A stretch of 64,000 nt of DNA from an uncultured Methanoregulaceae archaeon (GCA_963737635.1 CAVTTL010000001.1:640001-704000), one strand, 5' to 3'; shown: positions 21,535 through 32,668, counted from the stretch's first letter. Notes: generated from the letters alone by a model not told the origin. Numbers and translations are program-made.

Positions 21535-22317
21535 CTACCGGTCCTGCCGCGCAGCGTGCCGGGGAAAGGCCACCTGAGGTCGCCGGGTAATAAATGACGC
21601 ATCGAGATTGTCAACCATCCGCACGGCCATATCTGCGGGAATCCCGATCGCCATCATCTCTTGAGGGAGAGTATAGTTTTGTGTAGGATCCTGCGGCCCT
21701 ATGAACGCAGTGTCGTGAGGCGTATTTTCCGCAAGACCCGCCGGGAACGTAATAAATGTCGAGCATGATGACCCCCAGGGAACAATAACCGGCGCGAATG
21801 GATCGTCCCGGTCGAAATGGATGAGGGCGGCCATGTTCCGGATCTGCTCGCCAGTCCCAAAACAGCAGATAGACCTGACGGTGGGCAGGGTATTGGGCAG
21901 CGCCTCGCATGCCTGCACAACTAAGTATTTTCCCGGGGGATGGATTGGCCCTGCCGCCACCGTACAGCGCTCGACCAGCTCCGGACTCGCCTTCAGGTAC
22001 TCCGCTGCCCCGCCACGGATATCTTTCCTGCCGGTCGAAACAAAGTATTTGATGTCCTCGGGAACCGGGATGTACCCCACGTGATAAAGACCGCCCGGGC
22101 AACAACCTTCGCTGGTATCAGCACTGACGTAGATCCCCGACACCTCATGTCCTGCAGCCATCCGGTAGAGGGAAACGGCAAAACACCGGTTTACCCCGGC
22201 CATGGGAGGAATGCCCACCGGCAGGACATCCGATCCGTACACCGCAAGAGGGCGGGTGGAAAGCCTGAACGCCGACTTAAGTTTCGATCCAATCTCCCGG
22301 AAATCCACACTCGTCAT
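21535..22317 (-). CDS. DUF169 family protein
   Basis: RCFA..CCPGG..G, SSCS, GPQDP; paralog of the adjacent gene. Confidence 0.7.
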   Translation of the reverse strand: MTSVDFREIGSKLKSAFRLSTRPLAVYGSDVLPVGIPPMAGVNRCFAVSLYRMAAGHEVSGIYVSADTSEGCCPGGLYHVGYIPVPEDIKYFVSTGRKDIRGGAAEYLKASPELVERCTVAAGPIHPPGKYLVVQACEALPNTLPTVRSICCFGTGEQIRNMAALIHFDRDDPFAPVIVPWGSSCSTFITFPAGLAENTPHDTAFIGPQDPTQNYTLPQEMMAIGIPADMAVRMVDNLDASFITRRPQVAFPRHAARQDR

Positions 22318-23153
22318 GACAGCACTCCTTTCTTTTCTGCAACAAGTCCTTTCCAGATCGGACCATCGAACACGCCGTCTTTTGCCTCAACCTCCATTTC
22401 AAGAAAGAGCGAGTAGGGCACCGCAAACGTGAACATGTGTTCGGGGATGGTTTTTCCTACATTCGCCCGTGCAGCAAGGTCAGTATACCCAAGCACGGCC
22501 CGGGGGTGTTCCTTTCGTGCCTCATCATACACGAATGCCCCTATCTGCTGGCAGGCTGCCATGGGCGGAACCCGAATGGGATCTGTGCCCTCGCGGACAG
22601 CACCGACCAGCGTAACAAGCCCGGTGACCTGGAGGGGATCGGCAAGGAACACAACAACAACCGGCTGCTCTCCCTCTCCTACCTTGCTTAAGGGCGTGAA
22701 GATCACGTATTTCTCAGCGATATCGGTGATCGGCAGCTCCGCGGTCATGAACCGCTTTGCCTTCTCCGGATCCTTATGGAGGCGCTCACCGTGGATGAAC
22801 TTCTCCCGCTCCCGTTCAGGGATGTGCTGGACGGTCGCACAATAGGCTGCCGGGTCTTTGCTGCTCGCTGCACCTTTCGCAAAGAAGGCAGACATGAAGT
22901 CCACACCGGCGCCGCCGAAGGCATCGTAGTACCCGTTACCAAAACCAAGCCCGGCCCGGGCGCCGGGGCAGCCATAGCTTTCCCGGTCGAATACCGCGGT
23001 TTTTCCTTTCGTCGCGACCTGTGCAAAAAATGGCATAATGCAGGTCTGCCCGTGCGGTTTTATCTGCAGCGCTCCTTCGGGTTTAGTATTGCTCCAGAGG
23101 ATAGCCACAGGTTCGTACGCAAGCCCGAGTTTATCAGCGGTGACGCTTTTCAT
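22314..23153 (-). CDS. DUF169 family protein
   Basis: EPVAI, CIM, GCPGARAGLGF, AAC, GYTDLAAR, TFAVP. Confidence 0.8.
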   Translation of the reverse strand: MKSVTADKLGLAYEPVAILWSNTKPEGALQIKPHGQTCIMPFFAQVATKGKTAVFDRESYGCPGARAGLGFGNGYYDAFGGAGVDFMSAFFAKGAASSKDPAAYCATVQHIPEREREKFIHGERLHKDPEKAKRFMTAELPITDIAEKYVIFTPLSKVGEGEQPVVVVFLADPLQVTGLVTLVGAVREGTDPIRVPPMAACQQIGAFVYDEARKEHPRAVLGYTDLAARANVGKTIPEHMFTFAVPYSLFLEMEVEAKDGVFDGPIWKGLVAEKKGVLS

Positions 23154-23169
23154 GGTTGTTTTCCCGGGC

Positions 23170-23838
23170 TTACTTCATCCAGCCCATCTGTTCATACCAT
23201 TCATATTCATGGGCGAACCGGTCCTTGTTGTACTTCACCAGCTGGCAGAAGTACTCCCGTTTTTGTTTATGAAGCGCATCCTGATCAGGATAGGTGAGTT
23301 CGCCCCGGATGGCCTGTACAAGCGTCTTTCCCAGTTTGTGGGCGTCTCCTTCAGCCTTTCCAAGAGCGGCCGGGTCATGCCCAATCGCGACCCCGATCCC
23401 GCCCACGATGTTTGCGCCAAGCGTCGAGAGGACTTTGTTCATGTACCCGACTACTTCGGATTCACCGCTTCCACCTGCAGTGCAGACGGAGCACCCGAAC
23501 TTCCCGGTCATCATCTGACAGTGGATGGCGTCCGCCATGCGGTCGAAGAACGCTTTCAACGGTGCCGGAACAGAATCGATATAATTGGGGGCACCGAGAA
23601 CGATCCCGTCGGCATTCATCATCCGGTCAAAGAGGTCGGAAAAATCGTCAAGCAGGGTGCACTCCCCGGTGGCATAGCAGGTTCCGCAGGCTGTGCAGTA
23701 CTCGATGCGCAACGTGTAGAGATCAATGAATTCTGTTTCTGCCCCCTCATCCTTTGCCCCGGTGAGCACGGCATTCGTGAGCCGGAGGGTGTTGCTGTCT
23801 TTCCCGCGGGGGCTTGCGTTTATTCCAATGACTTTCAT
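23170..23838 (-). CDS. Iron-sulfur flavoprotein / NADPH-dependent FMN reductase family
   Basis: ASPRG..SNT, CTACGTC....GEC, GAPNY. Confidence 0.9.
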   Translation of the reverse strand: MKVIGINASPRGKDSNTLRLTNAVLTGAKDEGAETEFIDLYTLRIEYCTACGTCYATGECTLLDDFSDLFDRMMNADGIVLGAPNYIDSVPAPLKAFFDRMADAIHCQMMTGKFGCSVCTAGGSGESEVVGYMNKVLSTLGANIVGGIGVAIGHDPAALGKAEGDAHKLGKTLVQAIRGELTYPDQDALHKQKREYFCQLVKYNKDRFAHEYEWYEQMGWMK

Positions 23839-23958
23839 ATGCGATTGCTCCTGTAGGATGGGAGTCGGAGAATAACGCTAATAAAGGTATTGACTTGACC
23901 GGCCTTTTGCAATGGACCAGAACACCAAAAAAAGGAAAACCGGGGCCGTATGGTTCCA

Positions 23959-24423
23959 TTACTGCCCGGATGCTAGCGTCATCATGGGCATAGTACGGTT
24001 CCCGCGATAGCCCCCTGCAGGGAATCCCAGAGCTGTCCGTAGCTGCTGCGGAGTGACGTTAAGCTGCTGTGCCGCAGCGGTGAAGTTCATGCGGGTTCCG
24101 TTCACCGGTGTAAGGGCATTCTGGAGATCCTGTTCAGATACACCCAGCTGGCCTGCCGCCGCGTTAAGGAGGGTAGTGTTGCTCAGGAGATTCTGCATCA
24201 TTGAGTATTGGTGGTTTCCGTACGTCCCGTTGCCGTTATATGTTCCGCTTGGTGAACCGCTATTACCCGAAGACTGGCTGTTTCCTGTCCCGGCAGGCGA
24301 AGCCTGTTGACTGCCTGAAGCTGAACTGCTGCCGTTGTCCTGCGTGCATCCTGCGATAAGAACCCCGGCAAGAACCATCACCATTGCGAGGATGGTCATT
24401 AGAGTGAACATCGTTTTTTTCAT
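23959..24423 (-). CDS. Putative secreted lipoprotein
   Basis: Signal peptide ending IAGC, S/G-rich linker, repeated AAxQLxV..QxL..AL. Confidence 0.7.
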   Translation of the reverse strand: MKKTMFTLMTILAMVMVLAGVLIAGCTQDNGSSSASGSQQASPAGTGNSQSSGNSGSPSGTYNGNGTYGNHQYSMMQNLLSNTTLLNAAAGQLGVSEQDLQNALTPVNGTRMNFTAAAQQLNVTPQQLRTALGFPAGGYRGNRTMPMMTLASGQ

Positions 24424-24624
24424 TGATTATATCCTCCATGAAATATCTGTTCGAAATGCGGGTTGCGTGGGGCAACTACACATTGTAATGTTTACATTAC
24501 ATTTTGTAATATTAAAACTATAGGTTTATCAACATTTGTTGAAAACACCGGCAAGAGCCACCCCACTACAGACGCACCGGACAACAAATGATGGGTGATT
24601 GATAATAAGAAGGGAAAAAAAGAG

Positions 24625-25149
24625 CTACCGGTCGCTGATCTTTTCAACGACCCTCACGTTGTCGCCCCGCACCGTAATCGGGATGGGAACAACACTCTCA
24701 TACAGTTCGACCGTGATCTCTTCTTTTGCCGAGTCTACGCGCTTGACCACGGCTTTTTCACCTTTGAACGGTCCCGCGATCAATTCGACAATGGTGCCTT
24801 CATCGATCCCGGAAACCACGGGCTTAGGTATCAGGAAATGCCCCACTTCAGCGAGCGTTGTCTGGCCTTTTGCAACTGCCCGGGCATGAGCGATCATCTC
24901 GACGAGCTGTTCGATCCTGTTTCGCTGTTCGGGGGTCTCGATAAGGACGTATCCCTGCAATTCGTTGGGTACGATAATTGCCGTGACCTTGATATCAGTC
25001 GCCTTTGTCTCTATCGCCTTTAAAATATTATCAGCAACGGTCCGCTCCTGCTTGGAGGTCGTTTTGATCGCGAATATCCTGTTATTGAAGACCTCAGGGG
25101 CAGTTGGTACCGATGGTGCCGGCGATGCAGTCGTAGGTTCCGGTGTCAT
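24625..25149 (-). CDS. spt5: Transcription elongation factor Spt5 (NusG)
   Basis: NGN domain (FAIKTT..QE, GYVLIE) plus KOW motif (GPFKGE). Confidence 0.95.
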   Translation of the reverse strand: MTPEPTTASPAPSVPTAPEVFNNRIFAIKTTSKQERTVADNILKAIETKATDIKVTAIIVPNELQGYVLIETPEQRNRIEQLVEMIAHARAVAKGQTTLAEVGHFLIPKPVVSGIDEGTIVELIAGPFKGEKAVVKRVDSAKEEITVELYESVVPIPITVRGDNVRVVEKISDR

Positions 25150-25160
25150 GACAATCAGGA

Positions 25161-25367
25161 TCAGAATCCCAGCATTTTCTTGTGTTCGAAGAACAGGTAG
25201 ATGATAAATCCAATCAGTCCGATGAGAAGAATCCCTGCCGCCGCTACTGTCGCAATCTTAGAGAACTCCTCCCGGGTTGGGGTGCGCGCGAGTTTCAGTA
25301 CACGGAAGTACTTCCGGAATAACTCCTCATGCACGTCGACTTTGATATCAGGTTTTGAAATATCCAT
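25161..25367 (-). CDS. secE: Protein translocase subunit SecE (Sec61-gamma)
   Basis: YFRVLKLARTPTREEF followed by a TM helix. Confidence 0.93.
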   Translation of the reverse strand: MDISKPDIKVDVHEELFRKYFRVLKLARTPTREEFSKIATVAAAGILLIGLIGFIIYLFFEHKKMLGF

Positions 25368-25373
25368 AACTGC

Positions 25374-26465
25374 TCACTTGAGAAAATCGATCTCATATTG
25401 TTTCTGTACTTTGGGGGTAAGCTTCTCATTGCGACCATATATTTGTGGCGACCGAACACCCGTGACCACAAGCAATGTCCGCATCTTATTTGCCATTGTC
25501 GGGTCGATCTGCGCACCCCAGATGATCCGCGCACTCTGGTCGACACGGGAGTAGACTTCCTGCACTACTCCCTCTGCCTCAGCCATTGTCATGTCCGGAC
25601 CACCAACCACGTTTACGAGTGCAGCGGTCGCGCCGGAGATATCCACATCGAGAAGCGGGGAGCGGATAGCCTTTTTCACCGAGTCTGCAGCCTTATCTTC
25701 GCTGTCACTCTCGCCCATGCCGATCATGGCGACGCCGCCGCGTTCCATCACGGTGCGCACATCGGCAAAGTCAAGATTCACAAGGCCCGGCATCGTGATA
25801 AGCTCCGTGATGCCTTTAACCGCACGCATGAGAACCTCGTCGGAGACCTTGAACGCCGCAGAGAGGGGAAGCTTGGGAACGACCTCGAGCAGACGATCGT
25901 TGGGAACTACAATGACCGTATCCGCCACATCCCGGAGGCGTTCGAGGCCGGCTTCTGCATTTTCCATCCGGATCGCACCCTCGGAGGCAAAAGGCAGGGT
26001 GACCACCGCAATCGTGAGCGCGCCTTCTTCCCGGGCAGCCTTCGCCACGACCGGGGCGGAGCCGGTACCGGTGCCACCGCCAAGGCCGACGGTAATAAAG
26101 ACCATGTCGCATCCGGAGACTACCGCTCTGATATCCTGTTCATTCTCAAGCGCAGCTTCCTCACCGATTTGCGGGATGGATCCGGCACCAAGACCCCGGG
26201 TTCGCTGCCGGCCGATCAGCATACGCTGGTCAGCATGGGTCCGGATCAGGTGCTGGGCATCTGTGTTGACAGCGACCAGTTTTGCGCCATGGATGCCCTC
26301 CTCCATCATGCGCGTGATCGTGTTGGAACCGCTGCCCCCACAACCAATTACGGTGATCTCGGTCTTGAGTTCGCTTAAGATCTGATCAAGATCCTCGTTA
26401 TTCTGCGAAGACGATGCTGTCTCGTCTCTCGCCTTGGTAAGTGCCTCTTCAACAATCGATCTCAT
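25374..26465 (-). CDS. ftsZ: Cell division protein FtsZ
   Basis: [23 protein letters not shown]. Confidence 0.98.
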   Translation of the reverse strand: MRSIVEEALTKARDETASSSQNNEDLDQILSELKTEITVIGCGGSGSNTITRMMEEGIHGAKLVAVNTDAQHLIRTHADQRMLIGRQRTRGLGAGSIPQIGEEAALENEQDIRAVVSGCDMVFITVGLGGGTGTGSAPVVAKAAREEGALTIAVVTLPFASEGAIRMENAEAGLERLRDVADTVIVVPNDRLLEVVPKLPLSAAFKVSDEVLMRAVKGITELITMPGLVNLDFADVRTVMERGGVAMIGMGESDSEDKAADSVKKAIRSPLLDVDISGATAALVNVVGGPDMTMAEAEGVVQEVYSRVDQSARIIWGAQIDPTMANKMRTLLVVTGVRSPQIYGRNEKLTPKVQKQYEIDFLK

Positions 26466-27778
26466 GAGTAGTTCTCCAGTCCCGGGATGTGGATCCTGGT
26501 CTCACTGGTAACGGATACCTGATCAGGTGTAATTACCCGACCGTCATGTTCTATAGCCTGCCCGGCAGCAAGCTGACGATAGGCAGGTCCGGCCGGCACC
26601 CCGAGTTCGCGCGCTTTTCCGGGGTCGAACCTGACCTTTCTGATGACCAGGCAATCGTTCTCCGTCGCAGTGTTTTCCCTTTTACGTATGATTTTCACGC
26701 ACAATGTATTTAAAGCATTTATTAATTCCGCAGAATCCTTGCGAAAAACCACGAATTGTGGGAGCAGTACGTTGTCTTCATTCGTCAGGTGTACCACGGC
26801 AAGAGACCCGAAATCGTGAATCAGGGCAGATTCATCGCATCTTTTTGCTTCTGCAAGAAGCACCGGGTCGATGGAGATAACCGTAAGCGGGCCGGAGCCA
26901 TCAAGAGCGTGGACATAACACCGTACGCCCGGGCAGACAGTCGCAGCCAAGTCCCGGATCGAACGGTACATATCCCATGAGAGATGCCCGAGTGCAGCAA
27001 TTTCTGTCTCGGAAAGACGAAGGATACCTAATGAAGCAAGGATCCCGGTCAGCCGTTCAAAATCCGGATGCGAAACTGCCTTCCGGTCAATATAGGCGGC
27101 AACAGCTCCGCTCTGCACCACCATCTCCTGAACCATTTCCTTGTCCAGTACGGCAACCTGTCGCAGAGAGCTCGCAATATGACCGAACGCTCCCCGGGTT
27201 GAAAGGGCGATAGTGGTCTCGCGGGGAGCGTAATGAGTTCCCCCAATACCTATCAAGGGTATGGCATCGATCGGCGCTGCACTGAGCACGGCTTTAGCGA
27301 CCGCAAGGCCGGCTGCCGGGTCAGCCCATTCTTTCTGGGTGCTTCCGATCTCGACAAAGAACGATGGATGAATCAGTCCTGTAGGGCCGTGATGGGTAAC
27401 CTCGTACGAAACCCGGTACCCTTCCGGGCAATTCCGGGCAAGCGCCCGCAGGACTGCCTGCATCATCACGGGAGCAGCCGGGGCAAGTGTCCGGGGGCTT
27501 CCACCCAGTTCCGCAGCTCCGAAGTTCCCGGTGACATGAACCGTCAGGACCGGTACCGGGTTCACACTGGAGTGACGTGAAAGGAAGATAATAAGATCGG
27601 CATCGATACCGGTATCGATGCCCTCTGCATGGATGAGTCTTCCACTGACCTCAAAAAACTCGTAGATCCTCTCATTCCCCGGTGCAGGAGATGCCGAGAG
27701 GCACTGTTCGATATGGCGCCTGATAGTGCATCCCGCAACATCATCGCGGGAGTTGATCAGTGCTACCTTCATGATCAT
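26462..27778 (-). CDS. dtdA: D-aminoacyl-tRNA deacylase (DTD2) with C-terminal extension
   Basis: [37 protein letters not shown]. Confidence 0.92.
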   Translation of the reverse strand: MIMKVALINSRDDVAGCTIRRHIEQCLSASPAPGNERIYEFFEVSGRLIHAEGIDTGIDADLIIFLSRHSSVNPVPVLTVHVTGNFGAAELGGSPRTLAPAAPVMMQAVLRALARNCPEGYRVSYEVTHHGPTGLIHPSFFVEIGSTQKEWADPAAGLAVAKAVLSAAPIDAIPLIGIGGTHYAPRETTIALSTRGAFGHIASSLRQVAVLDKEMVQEMVVQSGAVAAYIDRKAVSHPDFERLTGILASLGILRLSETEIAALGHLSWDMYRSIRDLAATVCPGVRCYVHALDGSGPLTVISIDPVLLAEAKRCDESALIHDFGSLAVVHLTNEDNVLLPQFVVFRKDSAELINALNTLCVKIIRKRENTATENDCLVIRKVRFDPGKARELGVPAGPAYRQLAAGQAIEHDGRVITPDQVSVTSETRIHIPGLENYS

Positions 27779-27877
27779 TCAATATGCCGCGATCCACCAA
27801 AAGCTTCGCGAAGTGAAAAAGAGTGTGGGACTTGTTCAGAAACGCTATGACATATGAATGTCAACCATTCTGGTACT

Positions 27878-28054
27878 ATGGACGATAAAAAGATTGAAAT
27901 GGCATTTGCCGAGGAGAAGATTGCAAAAGTAATCACCTGCCCGCAGGCATTTGCAATTGCAGAAAAACACAATATCCCCAAAAATGAGATCAGCGAGTAC
28001 TGCAATACACACGGGATCAAGATCAAGGCATGCCAGCTGGGCTGCTTCAAATAA
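27878..28054 (+). CDS. Small Cys-rich conserved hypothetical protein
   Basis: ITCPQAFAIAE..C...IKIKACQLGCF. Confidence 0.75.
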   Translation: MDDKKIEMAFAEEKIAKVITCPQAFAIAEKHNIPKNEISEYCNTHGIKIKACQLGCFK

Positions 28055-28336
28055 TCCGGTTCATCTTCTCATTCGTGCTTCCCTCAATTCCCTGATCTTC
28101 GAGTGGCCCCTCAAAGATTTCCCGCTTTTTCCTAGTCAGCTGAAATTATTCGTTGCAGCACCAGCGCAGGATGGATCGGATCGCTAAACTACGTAAATGC
28201 ATACCGGAGACAGATGAGTAAACACGCAAACGGACTATCCCAAATAAACAGGAAAGTATTAGAAAACTAATTTGTCCTCAAGAGCCAACATACATCGATA
28301 CGTTTGGGCATCCCGCCACCGTAACAGAGGGATTGT

Positions 28337-31300
28337 GTGAAAGAAGTCACCGCGAACTTCAATGCAAAGGATATTGAGCGCAAAGTGCAGGACTCCTGGC
28401 GTACCGAGGGAACCTACAAGGCAGTAAAGGAGCTCCGGAGTGCCGGCAAGACCTTCTTTTTTGTCGATGGCCCGCCGTACACCACGGGACAGATCCATCT
28501 CGGCACCGCGTGGAACAAAATTATAAAAGACTCGCTTCTCCGGTTCCACCGGATGAACGGGCGGAACGTGATCGACCGTGCGGGGTACGATATGCACGGT
28601 CTTCCTATAGAGGTCAAAGTCGAACAGACCCTTGGGTTCTCCTCGAAAAAGGATATCGAGACATTTGGGATACAGGAATTTATCGATAAGTGCCGGGATT
28701 TCGCAGTAAAGAATAAGCAATTGATGGACGCCCAATTCGAGAGTCTGGGTATCTGGATGAATTTCCCGGGTGCATACCAGACGATTACCCCGGGGTATGT
28801 GGAGGCGGCCTGGTGGACCCTGGCCCGGGCCGAAGAGAAGGGGATGCTGGAGAGGGGGTACCGGGTTGTGAACTGGTGTCCCCGGTGTGAAACGGCAATC
28901 GCGGATGCCGAGGTCGAATACTGGGACGAGACCGATCCATCGGTATTTGTCAAATTCCCCATTAAGGGAAAGACGGATGAGTTTCTCGTGATCTGGACGA
29001 CAACTCCCTGGACGTTGCCGGCCAATGTCGCGGTGGCGGTGGCAAAAGATTTTGTCTATGCGAAGGTTCGGGCGGAGAAAGACGGGAATTCGGAATACCT
29101 CTGGCTGGCAGAACCGCTGGTAAAACCCGTGCTCAAGAAAGGGCGATACCAGAAATTCGAGGTGTTAGGGATAAAAAAAGGCTCAGAACTGGTGGGGTGG
29201 GAATACGATTCTCCCCTTGCCAACCATGTCCCGCTCCAACGTGAGATTGCACACCGGGTCGTAGCCGCGGATTTTGTGGCGATGGAAAATACCGGTCTTG
29301 TGCATATTGCACCCGGTCACGGCTGGGACGACTACGTTCTCGGTATGAAAGAAAAACTCGCCGTGGTATGCCCGGTCGACGGCGCAGGGAGGTTCAGGCC
29401 CGAGGCCGGTGTATTTGCCGGAAAGGTAGTCCGGAATGCCAATAACGAGGTGCTCGATACCCTCGGGAGCTGCCTGCTGGCGACCGATACGATCGTCCAC
29501 CGGTACGGGCACTGCTGGCGCTGCAAGACACCGATTATCTTCCGGGCGACCTCGCAGTGGTTCCTCAAGGCCTCGGAGATCCGCGACCTCATGCTTGCTG
29601 AAGTGGAGAAGGTTACGTGGTATCCCGAATGGGCGGGAAGCGCCCGGTTTTATGACTGGATCAAGGAGGCCCGGGACTGGTGCATCTCCCGGCAGCGGTA
29701 CTGGGGCATTCCGATCCCGGTCTGGATCTGCGATACCTGTGACCACTATCGGGTTATAGGCACAATCGCTGAGCTCGAAAAGGCGAGCGGCCAAGCTGTC
29801 CCCGATCCCCACCGCCCGTTTGTGGACGACGTAACGATCCCTTGTACGTGTGGCGGCACCATGCACCGGGTCGAGGACATCTTCGATGTCTGGTTCGATT
29901 CGGCGGTCGCTTCATGGGCCACGCTTGGTTTCCCGGCAGAGACTGCTGGTTTTGAAAAACACTGGCCGGCAGATTTTATCACTGAAGGACAGGATCAGAC
30001 CCGGGGCTGGTTCTACTCGCAGCTCGGTGCAAGCACCATCGCGTTTGGAAAAGCACCGTACAAGAGTGTCTGCATGCATGGATTCGCGCTCGACGCTGAG
30101 GGAAAGAAGATGTCAAAGAGCCTCGGCAACGTCGTGACACCCGAGGAGGTAATCGCAAAAGTGGGGGTAGACGTCCTCCGTTTCTACGTGCTCTCATCTT
30201 CGGCCCCGTGGGACGATCTGAAGTTCAACTGGGACGGGGTCGCGACGGTCAACCGTGCGGTAAATATCCTCTGGAACGTGTACCGGTTCCCCATCCCGTA
30301 TATGATCCTTGATAGCTTCGAGCCCCAAACAAAGAACGGGATCTGGGACGCTGCGTTCATCACCACCCGCATCCGCCAGCTCCCGGACGAGGATCGCTGG
30401 ATAATCTCCCGGATAAATTCAGTCGCCGGCATCGTTGATGTGGCAACCCGGGAATGCCAGCTTCACCGGGCGACCCGGGAACTGATCAATTTCATTCTCG
30501 AAGATCTCTCGCGCTGGTACGTCCAGCTGGTCAGGCCCCGGATGTGGCTCGAGGGGGAATCACAGGAGAAACTGTTTGCCTACGAGACGATCTATTACGT
30601 GATGCGTCGGCTTATGGGTCTTATGGCTCCCTTCTGCCCTCACATCACGGAGGAGATCTATGGTAATATCCGGTGCAGGAACGACCCGGCAAGCGTTCAT
30701 ATGCTCGACTGGCAGGGTCGAGATGATATACTGGTCAATGCCGAACTGGAGCACGCGATGGAACTTGTCCGTTCTTTCGACGACGCGGTCCAGAACGCCC
30801 GGCAGGCAGGAAAAAGGAAACTCCGCTGGCCGGTAGAAGAGGTGGTCATCGTTACAGATCAGCCTGCGGTAAAGGATGCGGTGGCCCGGCTCAACGAGAT
30901 CTGCCGGGACCGGGCGAATGCCCGCAAGGTCACGATAGTGATGGGCCGGTGGGACCGGATCGGCTGGCACGCGGAGCCGGTGATGAAGGCACTCGGGAAA
31001 GGGTTTGGCAAAAATTCATTCAAAATCAAGGGGCTCATCGAGGCTGCGGATGGCAACGCGATCAAGGCGGCAGTCAATACCGGACGGACATATACGCTGA
31101 CCAACGATGGGGAGGTCTTTGAGATCGGTGGGGAGCATGTGACCTTTACGGAAAAACTACCAACGGATATCTTCTCCGCTCCTATGGAAGACGCAACCGT
31201 ATACGTCGATGTGGCGCTCACGCCGGATCTTGAGGCGGAAGGCTACGCCCGGGAAGTGATCCGCCGTATCCAGGAGATGCGCCGGCAGCTTGATCTTGCA

Positions 31301-31516
31301 GTCGAAGATTTCATTTCTGCCGATGTGGCCATTGCCGACGAGCGGATCTGCGGGCTCCTCAGCGCCGGCTGGAAGACGGGGATCGCAGACGAAGTGAGGG
31401 CAAAAGAGTTATCGCTCCACCTTGCCGGGGCCTGCGAGTCGCGGTCATACAAACTCGTGAAAGACTGGGATGTCGAAGGCGTCATGATGACCATCGGCAT
31501 CTCAAAAGCGATATGA
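28337..31516 (+). CDS. ileS: Isoleucine--tRNA ligase
   Basis: DGPPY, HLGT (HIGH), WTTTPWTLP, DWCISRQR, DQTRGWF, KMSKS; GTG start. Confidence 0.98.
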   Translation: MKEVTANFNAKDIERKVQDSWRTEGTYKAVKELRSAGKTFFFVDGPPYTTGQIHLGTAWNKIIKDSLLRFHRMNGRNVIDRAGYDMHGLPIEVKVEQTLGFSSKKDIETFGIQEFIDKCRDFAVKNKQLMDAQFESLGIWMNFPGAYQTITPGYVEAAWWTLARAEEKGMLERGYRVVNWCPRCETAIADAEVEYWDETDPSVFVKFPIKGKTDEFLVIWTTTPWTLPANVAVAVAKDFVYAKVRAEKDGNSEYLWLAEPLVKPVLKKGRYQKFEVLGIKKGSELVGWEYDSPLANHVPLQREIAHRVVAADFVAMENTGLVHIAPGHGWDDYVLGMKEKLAVVCPVDGAGRFRPEAGVFAGKVVRNANNEVLDTLGSCLLATDTIVHRYGHCWRCKTPIIFRATSQWFLKASEIRDLMLAEVEKVTWYPEWAGSARFYDWIKEARDWCISRQRYWGIPIPVWICDTCDHYRVIGTIAELEKASGQAVPDPHRPFVDDVTIPCTCGGTMHRVEDIFDVWFDSAVASWATLGFPAETAGFEKHWPADFITEGQDQTRGWFYSQLGASTIAFGKAPYKSVCMHGFALDAEGKKMSKSLGNVVTPEEVIAKVGVDVLRFYVLSSSAPWDDLKFNWDGVATVNRAVNILWNVYRFPIPYMILDSFEPQTKNGIWDAAFITTRIRQLPDEDRWIISRINSVAGIVDVATRECQLHRATRELINFILEDLSRWYVQLVRPRMWLEGESQEKLFAYETIYYVMRRLMGLMAPFCPHITEEIYGNIRCRNDPASVHMLDWQGRDDILVNAELEHAMELVRSFDDAVQNARQAGKRKLRWPVEEVVIVTDQPAVKDAVARLNEICRDRANARKVTIVMGRWDRIGWHAEPVMKALGKGFGKNSFKIKGLIEAADGNAIKAAVNTGRTYTLTNDGEVFEIGGEHVTFTEKLPTDIFSAPMEDATVYVDVALTPDLEAEGYAREVIRRIQEMRRQLDLAVEDFISADVAIADERICGLLSAGWKTGIADEVRAKELSLHLAGACESRSYKLVKDWDVEGVMMTIGISKAI

Positions 31517-31571
31517 TCGGGTTTGGGTTTAACCTAGCCGAAATTCTTCTCTTTTTTCAGAGGGAAAATAT

Positions 31572-32309
31572 TCAGGGATCGATTCCGCCAACCAGTTTCC
31601 TCACAAACGCCTGCCCCTCCGGCGTCGAAAAGAGCGGCAGGTTGCGATCGGCCGCTACAACGCTCCGGGCAACCGTAACGTGCTCGTTTGTGACCGGATT
31701 ATAGCCCTCTTTCTGTACCTCTTTTTTACAGACCAGAACCCCCCGGCGCTGCCAGGCCGGCGTCTTTGCGAGGTTGACGCCACGCTTGTGCATCATCTCG
31801 TGGAGCTCCTGCGCCGGCATGCCTTTAAGCTGTCTTGCGGCGTCAGTGGCATCTAATCCTTCCTCAATTAATGCATGCTGGCAGTAGGCGTTCAGGTGAT
31901 TGCGCCATGCCTCGTCCTGCCGGCCGGTCATGTAAAGAACCGCGAATTCCGGCGTAGCCTGCACGATCCGGGCATCGAAAGCGAGCGGCTCGTCTGCACC
32001 CAGGGCAAGCGTGAGGGCACTTGCCGCGTACGAGGCTGTCACCGAATCGATCTTTTCCACCCGGCCTGAAAACGGAAGATCGGTGAAGTACAGGCTGATC
32101 TCATCCGAGAACGTATACGCAAAAACCGGCGCAAGACCGCTGTCGGCAACAAGCATTCTGGAGACCTCAACCATCGCCGTGCAGAACCGGTCGTCAAAAG
32201 GCTTTGCAAACCCAAACCTGCGGGTCAGGGCGTGGAATGCCCGTCCGTCAATCCGGACAAAAACCGGGGAGATTGTGGCAAGGTTTGCGAAGATCTCATA
32301 GTTGTCCAT
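31572..32309 (-). CDS. thg1: tRNA(His) guanylyltransferase Thg1-like protein
   Basis: VRIDGRAFH, YTFSDEIS, FDAR, RQDEAWRN, WQRRG. Confidence 0.93.
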   Translation of the reverse strand: MDNYEIFANLATISPVFVRIDGRAFHALTRRFGFAKPFDDRFCTAMVEVSRMLVADSGLAPVFAYTFSDEISLYFTDLPFSGRVEKIDSVTASYAASALTLALGADEPLAFDARIVQATPEFAVLYMTGRQDEAWRNHLNAYCQHALIEEGLDATDAARQLKGMPAQELHEMMHKRGVNLAKTPAWQRRGVLVCKKEVQKEGYNPVTNEHVTVARSVVAADRNLPLFSTPEGQAFVRKLVGGIDP

Positions 32310-32399
32310 GGAACACCCCGTTTTCACGGGAGAAAAATAAAACGGCGGGGGGCCCGCACCACCCGATGATCGCACCAGATTTAAAAAAAATCTGTCTTA

Positions 32400-32668
32400 T
32401 TATTCTTCCTCAGTCGCGCCGGACCCGGCAAAAGCACCCGGCAGGTGGCGGATGAGAACGATATCGTCAATGGCGCTGATGATCCGGTAGGGTATCTTGA
32501 GCCCTTTGTAGTTCTTGAGCTCGAAAGCTGGTCATTTACCTTGCCCACAACAAGCGCCTCGATCTTCTTTGAATCGACATCGATGACAACATCGTCGACT
32601 TCTCCGATGAACATGCCCTTGTCTGTGTAAATCGCAAGCCCGAATAGATCCGTAATCTGGGTTTCCAT
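32400..32668 (-). CDS. PRC-barrel domain protein (frameshift near 32525)
   Basis: IYTDKGMFIGEVDDVVID; the alternate frame gives IPYRIISAIDDIVLI. Confidence 0.85.

Noticed and set aside
25398-26385. Long antisense ORFs over ftsZ, and similar ones over hypF, ileS and the helicase
   Set aside because: Shadow ORFs from GC-rich codon bias, with no recognisable motifs
31572-32309. Pyrrolysine amber codon, as in some Methanosarcina Thg1
   Set aside because: The ORF is uninterrupted here
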